From Neodothiora populina (Eukaryota): 64,000 nucleotides of DNA. The position numbers and the translations under genes are program-made. The notes beneath the pieces are model-generated. The model made no database searches, was not told where the DNA came from, and was given only the letters and a program-made list of their open reading frames with translations. Of this stretch, positions 24,531 to 38,390 are shown one piece after another; the stretch's first letter is position 1, and each line of letters starts with the position of its first letter. Where the stretch lies: contig NW_027191417.1 in the NCBI RefSeq assembly GCF_041146345.1, forward strand, positions 1,860,001 through 1,924,000. The letters run 5' to 3'.

Positions 24531-26488
24531 TCACTCCTCACCAGCATTCATGCCGTTGTAATCATCGCCAGCCAAGGCGTGGCCGTCATGACCAGTGACT
24601 TCAGCCATGATCTGGTCGAAGATGCCATCTTGGTCTTGGTCCATCTTGTCCTCCTCAATCATAGTCGTCGCCTCGTCACTCTTGCCATTTTCATCGTCGT
24701 TGACATGAGAGTGTGTGTACTGCTGTCCCTGATGGCTGCTGCTGCCGTCATCCTCGTCGTCGCTGCGGCTACTGTTGTAGTCTGTACCTTTTTCTTCTTC
24801 GTCTTCGTCTTCGAGTGCTTCTTCCTCGTCGTCCTTGCCGGGATCAGGATAGGCGACCCGTGGACTGTTCGCATCTTCCTTTCCTGTTTTCTGTCGCTTG
24901 CGCATGGCCGCCATGACAGGTCCATCGTCGTCGTCTTCGTCTGTTTCGTCGTCTCCATTGTTGGTCACTCTGCCTCCTGCGACAGCGTCTATGGCGACTT
25001 TCGCACCCTGCTGGATTTGTTTTCTCTCTGTGTCCTGCATCTGCATACCAGTCGCTTTACTCATCTTCTGCCATGCGAGTCCAGGTATACGCGTGCTCGA
25101 CTGCTCATGACGACCATCGCGAGCCAAAGAATCCTTGATCTGATGATCATCAGTGGCTGAACGGCTTTCTTCAAGCGCTTCTTCGTTGCCGCCTTCTCCG
25201 ATGGCACCATCACCATCACGATGACCACCATTTTTACCACCGAAAACCTCAAAGCGTTCCTCCCATGCCACGCCTCCAGTGCATTCCTGGAAATTGGCCT
25301 TGAAGATTCGAAGGGCGGTGGGTAAAGTCGAAGAGAGCGTTGATGGGAAATCTTTGATTGAAGCCTTCGATGCTGACTTGGACGCAGCTGAAATAGGAGT
25401 AGAAGGGGACTGCAGGGTTCGAGTGCAGGTTGCGTAGGTATGTGGGTTACTGGTGTTGGATTCGTAGAGCTTTGGTACATGGGTCAGAGTTTTTGAATTT
25501 CGGACGGGCAAAAGGGAAAGATATAGTTGATACTTACGCTGATGATGAGGGGGTGGGTATCGGTCGAGGTCGGAGATGAAGATGTGGCGCGTGGTGTGAT
25601 GTTGATCTCGTACTCATATCCGGCTTCGTCTTTGTAGATGTGGTGGGTCGGGGTGGATCCTGTTCGGGTCGTCAGTACTGTTCTCTGTCCTCTGAGTATG
25701 AGGAGGAAGAGGGAGGACGGGTGAAAAAGAAAAGAAGAAGCAGGAAACCCACACTCACTCTCAGCTTTGGAAGTCTCCTCTTCGCCACCCCCTGTCTTCT
25801 CCTCCCTTCTCTTCTCCCTCAACTCCTCCTTTTCTCTCATCTTCAGCACTTCGGCCTCCATGTCCTTCTTTCGCTGCAGCTTGTCCTTCAGCGCCCTCTC
25901 GTCCCTCTCCTCCTCACCGACGAACAAATCCACATGCTCAGCCAACGCCTGGACATAATCAATTCTCCCGCTCTTCTTTTTCTTCTCTTCCATTTCCTCG
26001 AGTCTCTTCCTCTTGCGGCTCTCGGCTCTCTCGACCTTTTCGGCCGCTTTCTGCTCCAGCGCAAGGCCTCTGTTGGCCGACTTCTCGATGCGCCGCCAGG
26101 AGTGTTGCTTCTCGGACTTTTTGCTTCCGGTGGTCAGAGTCTCGTGGAGCCAGTCGTAGCTGACTATGTGGATTTCTGGCTTCTCCAGGGCCTCGGATAC
26201 TGTTGATTGAAAGGAAGAAAAGGGAGGTGGTTAGTCTGTTTCTTTGCACCAATGTTGACCAGAGCAGAACGTAGAAATACCGTGACTGCTCTTCTCCTTC
26301 CAGCATTGCTCAGAAGCAACACAGTGGGTGGTGCTGTTGTCGTTGTCGTCATCTTCTGGAAAGACGACAGAAGTCTGTAACGCTCCGCCGGCTGATTCGA
26401 TCCATCGCTTGATGACTTGTTTGGTATTTGGTAGATTTGGTGTGATGACTATATTGGCCCCCTTGAGCAGGGTGGCGTGTTTGCCCAT
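24531..26488 (-). CDS. BRCT-domain protein with degenerate WGR-like domain and acidic tail, about 4 exons
   Basis: N-terminal BRCT-like features (IKRWIESAGG, THCVASEQCWK, IHIVSYDWL after splicing). HHIYKDEAGYEYEINI, LYESNTSNPHTYA and FKANFQECTGGVAWEERF resemble fungal BRCT-WGR proteins. Internal splice sites are approximate. Confidence 0.7.
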
Positions 26489-27280
26489 GTTGAGTTGCTT
26501 TGGTGATGGTGTTCCGTGTTGAGGTTCGGTCTTGGGGATGTGGATGTTGATGATGAACAGGAAGAAGATGTAGAAGAGAGAGAATAAGGGACTGGGGGAA
26601 AATATCTGTTATGCAGGTCGATGTGAGGCCAAACGATGGTCGATCGAGTACAGTGTTCTGCGAGAAGGACTGTTCGAAAGTGTTGACGTGAGTACCATTG
26701 TGATAGTAGAGGAGTGAGGAGGAAATGAACAAGTGAACGCCAGACGAGAGAAACCTTGAGTCACTGAGAACGACTGTTCCATGATCGGATACCTACCTTA
26801 GGCTGTTTCTGAAGCATCAACGACTCAAATTTGGTGGAAGTAAGCCAGCAATGAGCGCGGTGGTGACCAGCACTGGACAATCAGTACACATAATGGCTGA
26901 CAAAAACGCTTGCTGATGGAAGGAGACTTTTCAAAGACAGGTTGCTCACTCAGAGATCAATAGCATGGACAATATCATTGCGGTGAACAACCTGATAGTT
27001 CTATATCTCCACTGATCAGCGTGTTGTACCTCAAGTAGAATTTGAGGTGATACGACTACAAGCACGATGCCGATCCAGAACAGGATGAAAAAAAGGTCAC
27101 ACGAAGCAAGTCCAAAACATGGCAGGAAAGTGAACAGGGACTGTAAAGTTCTCAAGACCTTCTGAGCTAGCTGAAGAAGAACGAAAAAAAGAAACAAAGT
27201 GGAAATCTATACAAGAGACGGAATCGAACTTTTCGCACGCAGTGTATTGCGATATCATATGCGTGAACCCAAACATAGGT

Positions 27281-29596
27281 CTAAACTGATCTAGCCTTGA
27301 CGGCAGCGATAAATGCGCGGATCTTGGCCACACTCTGCTCACCAGCCTCTTCGACACCGCTGCTGACATCGACCACAGCGACTTGATCTCTCGCCTTGTC
27401 TAGACCGTTCAGAACTTGCTGCACATTATCCGGGTTGAGTCCGCCAGCGAGGGCAATGCGAAGACCGTCGTCGGTGTTCAGCATATGCTTGACCTTTGCG
27501 ATCTCGACTTGCTCTCCACTTCCGCCAGCGCCAGAGTCGACGAGAGGCACAGAGTGGTAGCCACGGGTCGCCAAGCCAGCGTCACCGGGGTGGAATGCAC
27601 GGATGACTGGTACAGGAATCTGCGACGCCCAATCGAGCGGCTCGGATCCATGTAGTTGTACAATGTCCAGATCCAATAGTTTTTGTTGTTCTAGAATGTA
27701 ATCAAGAGGCTGGTTTTGGAAGACACCGACCAACAGTGCGTGGCGTGGGTGAGTGAAGCAGTGTTTCGCCGTGTGCTCGAAAAAGCTAGTGGCTTTTACA
27801 GCAGATGATTCTGATGTGACTGAGAGATCTGAGCCGGCTCTGGGGGTCGTATGCACAGTCTTGGAGATCTGCAAAGCAGTGTCATTTGAAACACATCTCT
27901 TCCGGCCCTTGACGAGGATCATTCCGATCAGATCTGCACCAGCGGTGATGGCAGCCTCGGCGGCTTCGGGGGTGCGAGTGCCACAGATTTTGACCAGAGG
28001 AGACTTTGCAGATGCAGGTGGAGAGAGTGTAGCTTTGTCTCCCCCTAACAGATCTGAGATGAATTGTGCGGTGTTTTCGGCTCTCATGAGTGCTTCGCCA
28101 ACGAGGACAGCTCCGACGCCGTTCTTTTGATAAGGCTCGACATCCTTCGAAGAAGCGATGCCACTGAGTGCGCAGACGATGGTCTCCTTGGGCACCATGC
28201 TCATGAGTCTGCTAGTGGTATCGAGGTCGACCTCGAAGTTGGCCAGGTTGCGGTTGTTCACACCGATGACCTTGGAGCCGAGCTTGACGGCAATCTCCAT
28301 CTCCTCTTCGTTTTGCACCTCGACCAGGGGTTCCATGCCCAGAGACAAAGAGTAGTGGTAGAGCCTCGCCAGCACTTCGGGGGTCATCATCTTGACAATG
28401 AGCAAAACGGTATCCGCTCCGGCGAGTCTGGCCTCGAGGATCTGGTACTCGTCAAAGACAAACTCTTTGCGCAGGATGGCAGGGCGGTTCGGCATGCCCT
28501 GAAGAGCGGCACGCACAGCCTTGACATCGTCGATGCTGCCCTTGAACCAGTCGGGCTCGGTCAGAACAGAAATGACACTGGCACCGGCCAAAGCATAAAT
28601 GCGAGCCTGGGCGGGGGCGCATGTGGTGAGCGAAATGACGCCCTTTGAGGGAGAAGCGCGCTTAATCTCGGACATGAGGGCGAGCTTGAAGGGAGATTGA
28701 CGAAGACGGTCAGGGAAGGAGATCAGAGGAGGCGACAGGTCCAAGTCGTAGGCGGCTTGCAGATCTACGGGTCTCAAGGAAGGAACCTCTTTTTGCGCCG
28801 CCACTCGCTCTCGTCTGCGCGCAAAGATCTTTTCCAGGATCGAGGATTGCTTGTCCACCTTTCCCCCGCCGTTAGTGTCCGACTGCGCCTTCTCCGCCGT
28901 CTTCCTCTGCAGCTGCTGGTTCTCCGCCCAGGTGCCTCCCTGCATGTAAAGGAAGTTCTTCATCATCAATCTTCCCTCCTGAGTCAGAATGCTCTCCGGG
29001 TGGAATTGGACTCCCTCAATGGCAAACTCCTTGTGTCGGACGCCCATGATGACGCCCTTTCCACCGTCGGGACCGCTGGAGATCCAGGAAGAGACTTCGA
29101 GGCATTCGGGAAGGGTAGGGTGAGTGCCGGCGAGGGAGTGGTATCTGGTGACGGGAATGTCCTGGGGAACGCCGGCGTAGACACCTTTGCCGTCGTGGGC
29201 GATCGGGGAGGTTTTGCCGTGGAGAATCTCGCCAGTTTTGGCCACAGTTCCACCAAAGACCGAGAAGATGCACTGCTCTCCCATGCAGACTCCGAGGATG
29301 GGGATCTTGCCGCTGAAGTGCCGGATGGCGTCTTTGCTGATGCCAGAGTCGGTCTCTGGATGACCGGGACCGGGACTCACGACCAATTGGGTGGGGTTTC
29401 TGGCAATGAGGTCCTCGAGGGTGATCTCATCGTTGCGCACGACGGTGACTTTGGCGCCCTCTAGGACGAGGTATTGGTAGACATTCCAGGTGAATGAATC
29501 ATAGTTGTCGATCAGCACGAGGTTCGAGGCGGTAGCGATGGGCGAGGCGGGCGAAGGGTGTTGAGGCGAATAATCGATCAGCTCGAGGCTGGACAT
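27281..29596 (-). CDS. trpC: Trifunctional tryptophan biosynthesis protein (anthranilate synthase GATase - IGP synthase - PRA isomerase)
   Basis: [23 protein letters not shown] and GVQFHPES (GATase); [10 protein letters not shown] and GVNNRNL (IGPS); VKICG, QLHG, LAGGL and DVSSGVE (PRAI). Start taken at [11 protein letters not shown] (29596), not the ORF-track start. Confidence 0.97.
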   Translation of the reverse strand: MSSLELIDYSPQHPSPASPIATASNLVLIDNYDSFTWNVYQYLVLEGAKVTVVRNDEITLEDLIARNPTQLVVSPGPGHPETDSGISKDAIRHFSGKIPILGVCMGEQCIFSVFGGTVAKTGEILHGKTSPIAHDGKGVYAGVPQDIPVTRYHSLAGTHPTLPECLEVSSWISSGPDGGKGVIMGVRHKEFAIEGVQFHPESILTQEGRLMMKNFLYMQGGTWAENQQLQRKTAEKAQSDTNGGGKVDKQSSILEKIFARRRERVAAQKEVPSLRPVDLQAAYDLDLSPPLISFPDRLRQSPFKLALMSEIKRASPSKGVISLTTCAPAQARIYALAGASVISVLTEPDWFKGSIDDVKAVRAALQGMPNRPAILRKEFVFDEYQILEARLAGADTVLLIVKMMTPEVLARLYHYSLSLGMEPLVEVQNEEEMEIAVKLGSKVIGVNNRNLANFEVDLDTTSRLMSMVPKETIVCALSGIASSKDVEPYQKNGVGAVLVGEALMRAENTAQFISDLLGGDKATLSPPASAKSPLVKICGTRTPEAAEAAITAGADLIGMILVKGRKRCVSNDTALQISKTVHTTPRAGSDLSVTSESSAVKATSFFEHTAKHCFTHPRHALLVGVFQNQPLDYILEQQKLLDLDIVQLHGSEPLDWASQIPVPVIRAFHPGDAGLATRGYHSVPLVDSGAGGSGEQVEIAKVKHMLNTDDGLRIALAGGLNPDNVQQVLNGLDKARDQVAVVDVSSGVEEAGEQSVAKIRAFIAAVKARSV

Positions 29597-30339
29597 GGCT
29601 TTGTTCTGGATTTGTTTTCCTTTCCCTTTGAAAGCAATTGAGAGACAAAAGAAAGAGATAGTCGAGGTGGATTGGAAAGGTTTCTGGATTCTGGTGACGG
29701 TATTGGCGGCATACCTTCCTGATTGGGCCGGGGATGACTGGATCTCCCCGCAGCTTCTTCTTTTTGATATTTGCTCCTTCCTTGACCCATGCTCGGTAGG
29801 GCTGAATGTGAAAGTGAAGCTTCCCTTTGCGTGTATACAGAAACACCTCACCGTGGGTTTACATTGCATGCCCTGTCCTCAAAACCGGGTCACACTCGAC
29901 AGCAACAGACTAGGTAGTCTTTCTTTGTATCTACTTGCCTTACAATCAACAACGAGCAAGAGGCAGCCGATTCTATCTCTACACGCTGTCATATAAGGGT
30001 ATCATCTTACCTTCTCCATCAACAATACTTTGAAAAGTAAGGCAAGAGCAAGCTTGGACCTTGACATTCACTCGAGTGTTACTGCCTCTTTCGGACGCAA
30101 CTGATTACTGTACCTCAGGTTCACACAGGAAACACCGAGTCTCTTTCCATCTCATCATCATCATCATCAACCCTTCAGAACATTGAGAGAGACACCGAGA
30201 ATACGGACACAGGAATAAATCATTCGGGAAGTCGCGTCGTGCCGCGTCAACAAGTCTGGTTTGATGAAGAGAGAACAACAGATCTCTTTCTTTCTGATGT
30301 CGACTTGATCCTCTCCTTCTCCTTGATCCCAACACAAAC

Positions 30340-33300
30340 ATGGCCCCGTCTCCGTCCCCGTCTCCGTCGGCCGTCTATTTCCCTGCGCTGGACCGATGCC
30401 TCAGCGGGGAGAAGCCGTTATTGTACATGCGCCGCCTTCTTTTCCATCCGAGTCAAGTCACTGACACGCGCACAGATCATGGGAATCCGCATACCGGACA
30501 TTCGCCCTCCTCGGCTCCGACCCTTCGCCCTCGACCCTCAATGCCTTCCTCGATGACTCGACTGTGCTGTCTGTCCTGTCGAATCCTCTGGACGCCTTTG
30601 CCGCGCCCTCGCCGCACACGAAAAGCGACTTCGAGACCAAGACGGCCGCCATCCACGTCCTGCCCTCGTCCAACGGCCACTACGACATCAGCCAGATCAA
30701 GGACGACGCCCTGTGGCTGTCGAAAGAAGCCAACATCGGCCAAGTCGACGCGCTGCGGATTGTCATGCTGGAATGGCAGAACAGAGCTGCGGCGCAACTG
30801 CTGTCGGAATGGTCAGAAGAGGAGAGACTCAGTGTGCAGAACGTCACCGCCGACGCCACCTTCGGCGCCTCGACACAACCAATCCTGGACCAGGAGAGTC
30901 AGACGACGTCGTCCTTTGACAATCAGGAGCAGAGACGCGCACGATTGCTGCTCACCAGATACACCGAAGCCACGAGTCTCCTGGCCCTCTCGGCCTCCCT
31001 TCTGGGCCACCACCTGGGTCAGGACTTCCACCCGACCGTCGACGCCAACCTCTCTCGTCCACACCTCAAGCGCGCCGCTCAACACATCTGGGAGGCTCAG
31101 AGATCAGATCCTGACGCTGATGGACCCTCTACTTTCTTTGCCAAGTGCTGCGATGCTCTCAGGCAGCGCTTGACAGGGCTGGCCGATCCTGCGTCGTGGC
31201 CCAGGATGTATGCTGACAATCCCGAGCTCGCCACTTTATATGCAAAGTTCATGTCTGGTCAGATTGTGTCGATTCTGCGCATGGCTTTCATCTTGACTTT
31301 CAGATCGCCTCACATCACCGATGCGTATTCTGTCAGCGCCTGGTTCAACCTGATGGACCAATTCCTCTTCCTCTCGGAGCTCCCTCCTGCTGCCGACGAC
31401 CCTGCCGTTCTCCTTGTCGTGCAGTCTCTCGTCGCGCTCATCTCCACCTCGATCATCAAAATCAGAGATATCATCGAACTCTTGCGCACATCCGCTTCGT
31501 CCACGACGACACCCTCCAAGGAAGCCTCCTCCGCTGGCGCAAAGTCATATTGGTCCGACGATCAATGTGTACGGCTGATCACAAACACCATCCTCGGTGC
31601 TGTCGCCCAGAAGATCAGACACGCCTCTCTGCCCATCCTGGCTTGGAGCATCGTTTGTCAGGCTCTCCGCGATTTCCATCTGGCCGCACGCTCAGAGGGA
31701 CAACTGGAAGACTCGAGCGACAACGAGCGACCGCCGACACGATCATCAATGCGAGGCTCGAGGGGTCCTGCCACAAACTTCTCCGACCGTCTGGCCCTCA
31801 TCACAGACACAGTGCCGGGAGATGATGTCATCGAAATCATGGGCAACAGTGCAGTCGGAGAGCTACAGGCCTTCGACACAATGACTTCCATCTCCGAGGC
31901 TCTGCTCCTGACCTGTCCCTCGTCCTCCGACCTTCACATTGTCATCTGCGCCAAGCTCGCCATATACTCTCTGATCCGCGAAGGATCTCCCCTCTTCCAG
32001 TATGGTCCGGATCTGGTCCAGGCTGTCCTCTCCGTCATTTCCTACGACACCCTTCCTCCCAGCCTGTTACATCATCGACCCCACGGCCCTGCACAGCCTG
32101 TCAAGGCTTTCCTGGCCGACACTCAAGTGTCGAGAGGCCGTTTCCTCGTTCAGCTTCTGCAACGCTACGCCTACGAGCTACGACCATTCCTAAAGTGTTT
32201 GCTGTCCATCAGCCAGAGCAGAGCCTCCCATTCAGGTGGCACGTCGGAAGCGCTTTCCATCCTCGAGTCCATGCCTACATTCACTCAGCTTCTGCCCCTC
32301 GGCTTTGAGGGCTACGAGCTCGTGCAGGAGGACGAGTACAATAATTGCATTCAGCTCACCACCGATTCACCATTGTTCACCTTCCAGGGCTCAAAAGGCT
32401 ACCGAGCCCTGCTGTCCGGAACTGGCGACGACGGCACCACCACCGGCACCCTTCTTCACTCCGTCCCGGCAGGTACCATCGGTCTTGTCCTGAGCGCCGG
32501 AAAGCCCCTCGTCGTGCGCTGGCAATTACAACATTCGCCGCTCGAGTACCTGGGCTTGCTCTTGTCCACTCGTCTGTCGAGTACCAACACCGTCGATGCC
32601 ACAACTCAACTTCCGGTAGACAAAGAGACGGCAGCCGAGATCATCGCCTTGGCTGATTCTTTACTGCGCGAAACGCTACCTTCGGATGACACCTCCACCG
32701 CTGCTCGCGTGCTGACTCTTCTCAACGATGGTCTGAACCCCAACCAGGACATCGTACGAGTCGTTTTCGACATTTTCGAAGAAGAGCTGCAAGTGCAAGT
32801 CGACCAACCCGCCACCGAAGGTTCCCTGTATCTTCTGGTACATTGTGCACGCTTCCTCCAGTCCGTCATGTTCGTGCATCCAGAGCGCATTTGGTCGCTA
32901 CTCAACCGCTCCAAGTTGTTATCGAACAGCGATGGCTCTGGTGCCCTGGTGGCTATAGTGACCGCCTCCGAACTTCCACTCGGACAGTACGACTTCTTGC
33001 GCTGCTGCGTCGGTCTATATGAGGCCTTGATTCATGACGGTCTCGCGCGATCGGTCTCGCGCAAGAGCACTTCCAAGACCATCACCAGATTCGAGGCCCG
33101 CAGTGGCCCTGCCGCATCGACCCCGGACAAGATGATGAGCACTACTCTTGCCGCCCTCCAGAGAGTCATGTTGGACGTGCTGCAGAGCTTGCCTAGCTGG
33201 AAGTTTGTCTTCGAGTCTGAACGATGTGAGATCAACACCCGGATTCTGAGGGCCATGAACAACGTGCTTCGCTACGCATATGGTGTGGACGATCAAGAGG

Positions 33301-35900
33301 CAGTTTCCGCCAAACTGACCGGTGTCTTTGCCCAAGCCGCCGATGTTGTATTGAAGGCTTTCTTGACAGAGAACCCCCACGAGCTGACATTCCACCCCAT
33401 ACTCACCGTGCTCATGTCTGCCATTGCAGACTCGGACATCACATCAGATATCTCCAATGAGCAGCGCGATCGAGATCAGACAATCTCGGCTTTGTCTTTC
33501 TGTTCTACTCTTCTCGACGTCGGCCAGATGACGAATCGCAAGATCCGATATCTCGCAACGAATTTACTGCAGACGATGCCGTTGATCTCCAGACTTTTTG
33601 CTGCACGCCATCATTTCAAAAAGCACGTCGCGACGCTCATGACTTCGCTCGTCCGTAATCTAGGCGCAGGCGAGGGTGAACCTGCTTCTCTCCTCGGCCA
33701 TCTTGGCTCCGAAGCCATGAAGTGCTTCCTCGCAGTTATTGCAGAGTTAGATTCGCCCGTGCAAGACGTCGATACCGAAGCAGCAATCTGGGATATGCTC
33801 TCGGCCGTGGTCAGCAACAAGCAACAATGGCTCGCCGTGTGTCTACTCACCGGCTCAACGCCTAGAGATAAGCTAAGGGACAAGACCGCGGACAGTTCTC
33901 CCACGAAAGTGCGGAAACCTCTTTTCACCCATGCTCTGGACCAGCTGGCAAACATCAACATGCTCTCGCCCAAGCGAGCCATTGCTATCCTCAATTTCAT
34001 CGCTCGCGCACAGGACCATTGGTCATGGGCTACGAACGGTATCGGCAGACACACCGAGGCAATCAACAACATGACTAGTTGGATCGCTGATCTATCCCTC
34101 AACACTCGTCCCACAGACATGGAGGCGGTCACTAGAGTGGCCAACGAGAACCAGATGGCCGCTCTGATCGTCGACATTCTTGCGAGGTATCTATACAACG
34201 CGCGCCAGCTAGGAGATACTTCCACTGCCAAGACCGTAGCGGCCAAGCTCCATTATCTTCGTGACAATGGCGTGTCTGTCGATGGCTACAACCACTCGTT
34301 GCATCAAAATCTCGCCAAAAACTTCACCGCAAAGTTCCCGCAATGCTCTCTACAGGGATTCAAGCGCACTACCATCTGCGGCGTCGAGTTTGGACGCGAC
34401 TACTACTATGACTGCCAGATTGCTGGAGAGATGCTGGGTTTTGATTCCTCTTGGGGTCGCCGCTCTGGCTTCCATGATGAGTTCGCACGAGCAAACGTGA
34501 ACCTATCGCTTGTGGAATCTCAAGTGAATCTGCTCAAGAGCTGGAAGGCTCTTGCCATTGGACTTGGACAGTTCCTTGCAGATAACGCATCTCTCCAAAA
34601 CGACTTGGCTATCGTTGCTTCGAACTGCTTGAAGGCGAACATGGAAGCTTTGGTTCCTACCGCACTGTTCAGCGACATTGCACAAATACGAGCCGACTTG
34701 GCGTTCGTGCTACTTCAGCGCCTGACGGTGATCAAGTCCTCGGAGTCACGAGTCAAAGACTTGCTAGCAGTTGCTTGGGATGCCGTGAGAACGCACGGCG
34801 AAGATTTCGCGACAGTTTCAACCCTCAAGGAAATAGACTACTACCGTACCCTCCTTCGTGTACTCTTTCTGGCCATCCAACCTCAAATCTACAACCCCAC
34901 GCCGCAAGCAGGTCCCGGAAAGTCGACTGCAGGTAACAAAGCCGAATCTGGCTCGCCATCCACCATACCGACATTACTTGAAATCCTTGAGAGAGTCATC
35001 ACAGTGAACTTTCGCGCCCTTTGCGGTGCTGTCCACGAAGATGTCTCATCAACCGAGCCGGCTGACTTTGTGCTATTGACTGCCTTGATACAGAGTATAC
35101 TGCGCGTGCCGGGCGTGACAGCTTCCCACGCCTCTGTTGCAGCCATCTTCGCGAGCGCAGGCACTACACGATATGCTGCCAGCTTGTACTCGTGGGCCGA
35201 CCAGTTGGCTGCGGCTTCCCAGGCAGGAGACCCTGTGCACGGCGAGCTGAGTGTTTTGTTTATGCTCGAACTCAGCAGTGTTCCCCTGATAGCCGAGCAA
35301 ATGGCTGTCGATGGCGTGTTGTCGCGCATCTCCACTGCAAACCTCTCTTCCTACTTCCGCAGACCGGGCGGAAAAGGACCGTTTGATGAACCAGCAAGAA
35401 TGTTCAGTATCTGGTCCCGAGGTCTGGTTCCCTTATGTCTCAATCTTCTGGAGGCAGTCGGACCACCAATTGCTGCTGAGGTTGGTGCCTTCCTGAATTC
35501 GTTTCCAGAGCAGCTCAAGCGTGCCGAGACCGGCTTGGAAAACAGGCAGCCAACCATCCGCCAACCTTTCGCTGGCAGTGTCACGCTAGGCATGGCGGCT
35601 GAGACTCATTCATTGTCGTTGATCAGCTTGATTTTTGAGCGTCTCAAGGTGGTCGGTCCCGCAGCCGGACTCAATGCGGACGAGGTACCCAGTCTCCTAT
35701 ACGACCGAGCAGGCGCCAAAGAAGAAGTCGAGAGCATGCTGAGTGAGAGGAGATCGTTACGGGACCGAGTCGTGCCCGTTGGCGATCGTGAAGCTGAATG
35801 GGCCAAGCAGAAGCCTGCTTCGGCGTCCAAAGGCGAGAGCCGACTTGAAGAGCGGGTTCTGGCCGAGCTAGAGGCGGCTATGGTGTGCTTGACTGGATAA
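30340..35900 (+). CDS. nup188: Nucleoporin Nup188 (Nup184-like) scaffold protein, 2 exons
   Basis: Exon 1 (30340-30422) YFPALDRCLSG; intron 30423-30475; ~1800-aa helical ORF with SDFETKTAAIHV, IKDDALWLSKEANI, ALRIVMLEWQNR and ANVNLSLVESQ, typical of Pezizomycotina Nup188. Confidence 0.85.
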
Positions 35901-38390
35901 TTGGCAAGTGGACTCAGTACGCAAGTGAATGGTACCATGATTTCATGCGTTCCTCGAAAGGTTTCTGAATAAACCACATTGGAAGTTTAGATGAGTAGAT
36001 ACAGAACAACAAAAGTCATGACGAGAGGGGTTATATCCCTGACATATCAAGAGAGATGAATGCGGTGTTGCGGCGGGCAGGCAGGGATGGCATTATGTTA
36101 CTCTAAAGCGTGGTGCTGGGCGTTCTTTTTGCTTTGCTTTCTCAGCACGTTTTCGAAAGTCTGCATTTCTGGTTGTTCTATCTGTGTATGACAGAGTCCT
36201 TTTTGGAACATATAAATGAGCATTACCATGTTTGTCAGTGTTATGATTTTCCATGTGACAAACCCCCCGAATTTCGAGGGCGACCCTGTTCTCAACATGA
36301 CAATTTGCCCTCTTCAATCATTATCCTATTTATCCAACGAGGCAGTCTGCTGTTTAGCAATTTTATTGCTGCGATATCTTTTCTGAACTCGACAGATGGG
36401 TATGTTAATGGTTAAAAGGATTTTTCGGTCGCGTAAATGTGGTTTCTTGAAGCTCGAACCTCGTCTTCCATGGTTCTCGCTGAAACGGAAAGTGCACACA
36501 CTCTTTTGCTGCCACGGTTTATTCCCAAAGAACACATTCCTTATTCTTTAACATAAGAGAGGGGCACTTCCCCTTGCGGTACCTTACCCAAGGTGCGTTG
36601 CTAGATCACAAGTGTATGTGTGCTTAGACGTACTGTATAATCAAGATTATCGTTACTTCAAAAGTGCAAACATCACGACAAGATCGCTTAAGAGCCGGTG
36701 TACAGACTCTCAGCTGGCCTCTTTCTCGTTCTCGTAAGAGCTACTTCCTTCAATGAAACCCTGACTTACTCAAGGTGGCTATATCACACATACGCATACA
36801 CATGTCATTATCATATTCATCATCAATCTGAATGATGCTATTGTTGGCTCCATCGTTGCTTCAGAAGTGCCAACATCAGGCCAAAAGTGCTTTAGAGTTG
36901 GCATACGGATTCCACTCTTGCCATACCTTCCGCGATATCTAAGGTACCTTTCGAAGGTCAACACCTCAACAGTAGCGACTTGGATTATTGTATATTCCGA
37001 CATCATCGTCATCATGATCATTACCATCGCCTACTGGAAAATGCCAATAGACTCTAAACATTGCTTGAATTGGCATAACAAAAGAACTCTCGGCTGGAGC
37101 AGCCTCGGTAGCATCATCTTCTGTCGGGGTTTTACGTACGGATCACTGCGACCCTGTTGGTCGTCGAGGCTAAGCAGCGAGGAGATTGTGCTCTCGGAGA
37201 AATGTGCTGCTACGATGGTAGTGTACACCCGGCTATTCGTGCCATTGTGGACGGTAATTTGTGCCCAGAACCTCAAGGCGGCTGTACGGTGTTACCCAGC
37301 TCACCTCCACACTTCGTCCACGACGTTTTTTTCTCCCTCTTTTTATCTCTTCTTGGCCTTTTTCCCTGACGGACCGAGAGGAACCGCCCGCCCGTAACGC
37401 ATGCACCTCGGTCTTCGGTCGGTGTCGGGTAATTGAGCGTTGCGCTAGCGGAGTAGTCTCGCTGGAGAAACTACCAGAGTCGTACTCCGTCGATTTCGCA
37501 GAGAACAGCGGGTCCCGTATTCCTCTTCCGCGACTCATCGACAAGCAGCTCGAGTCTCCCGGTGGGCCCCAATCGCGTGAGATTGGAAGAAAAGTCGGGG
37601 CTAGATGTGGGGATAGCGTGAGTATTTGCTGCTGCTATTTCCCTCCACATTTCCTACTTCGTCCCTTTCTCAGAGAGTCCTCCGTCATTTCTTCGCCTTC
37701 GTAACCCTCCTCGTCTCCATCAAACCACCTTTTTATCCTGTTGATCTTTTGCCCACTTTAACCGGTCCATTACCTGCCGTGACTCTTAACCATTGGAACT
37801 ACATTGATACTTGCCTTATCTTGGCCTGCATCACCCAAACCCCAGATCCCCAGACTCTTCCCCGATCTGTCGGAAGTCGTCGCCCATCAAACGCCGCGTC
37901 AAGCCCCATTCATCCATCACACCCTCTGCTGGAGTTGCTTTCTGCCTATCATACAAGTTCCCCCTACATCCTTGGACCTTGCTTCTTGCCCATCTCTGCC
38001 GTCTTTGAACTACTTGATCCCCGCGCCCGCTACACCGCACCCCCTCAAGGTCTCCAAAAAAGCAACAGTCACCCCAATCCGACTATCATCCGTTCGCCTG
38101 TCGCCTGTCAAGTCTAGAGCAACCTCGCAGCCACCCATCCCACTTTTTCGGTTCTGAACCCGGTGGTTATCGTTTCGATTTACTCTCTTCTGTGCCGTCG
38201 ATCACCGCCCACTTGACCACCCTGTGGCTGTCAGCTTGGTGTCATCACTCCTGATCATCTGCACACCCTTCTTCTACAAAACGCTGTAGACTTTCCTACT
38301 TCGTCTCTTGACGTCCCATCTCCACGACACTTCTCACTACCCAGCACCACCCAACTCTAAACTTGCTGCGATATCATCTCTCAACTCGAA

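Noticed and set aside
29597..29869. 91-aa N-terminal extension of trpC in the ORF track
   Set aside because: Non-conserved-looking sequence; the ATG at 29596 has good context and matches the typical TrpC start.
36000..37400. Several 70-180 aa ORFs between nup188 and the small protein
   Set aside because: No codon bias, motifs or splice pattern; probably non-coding.
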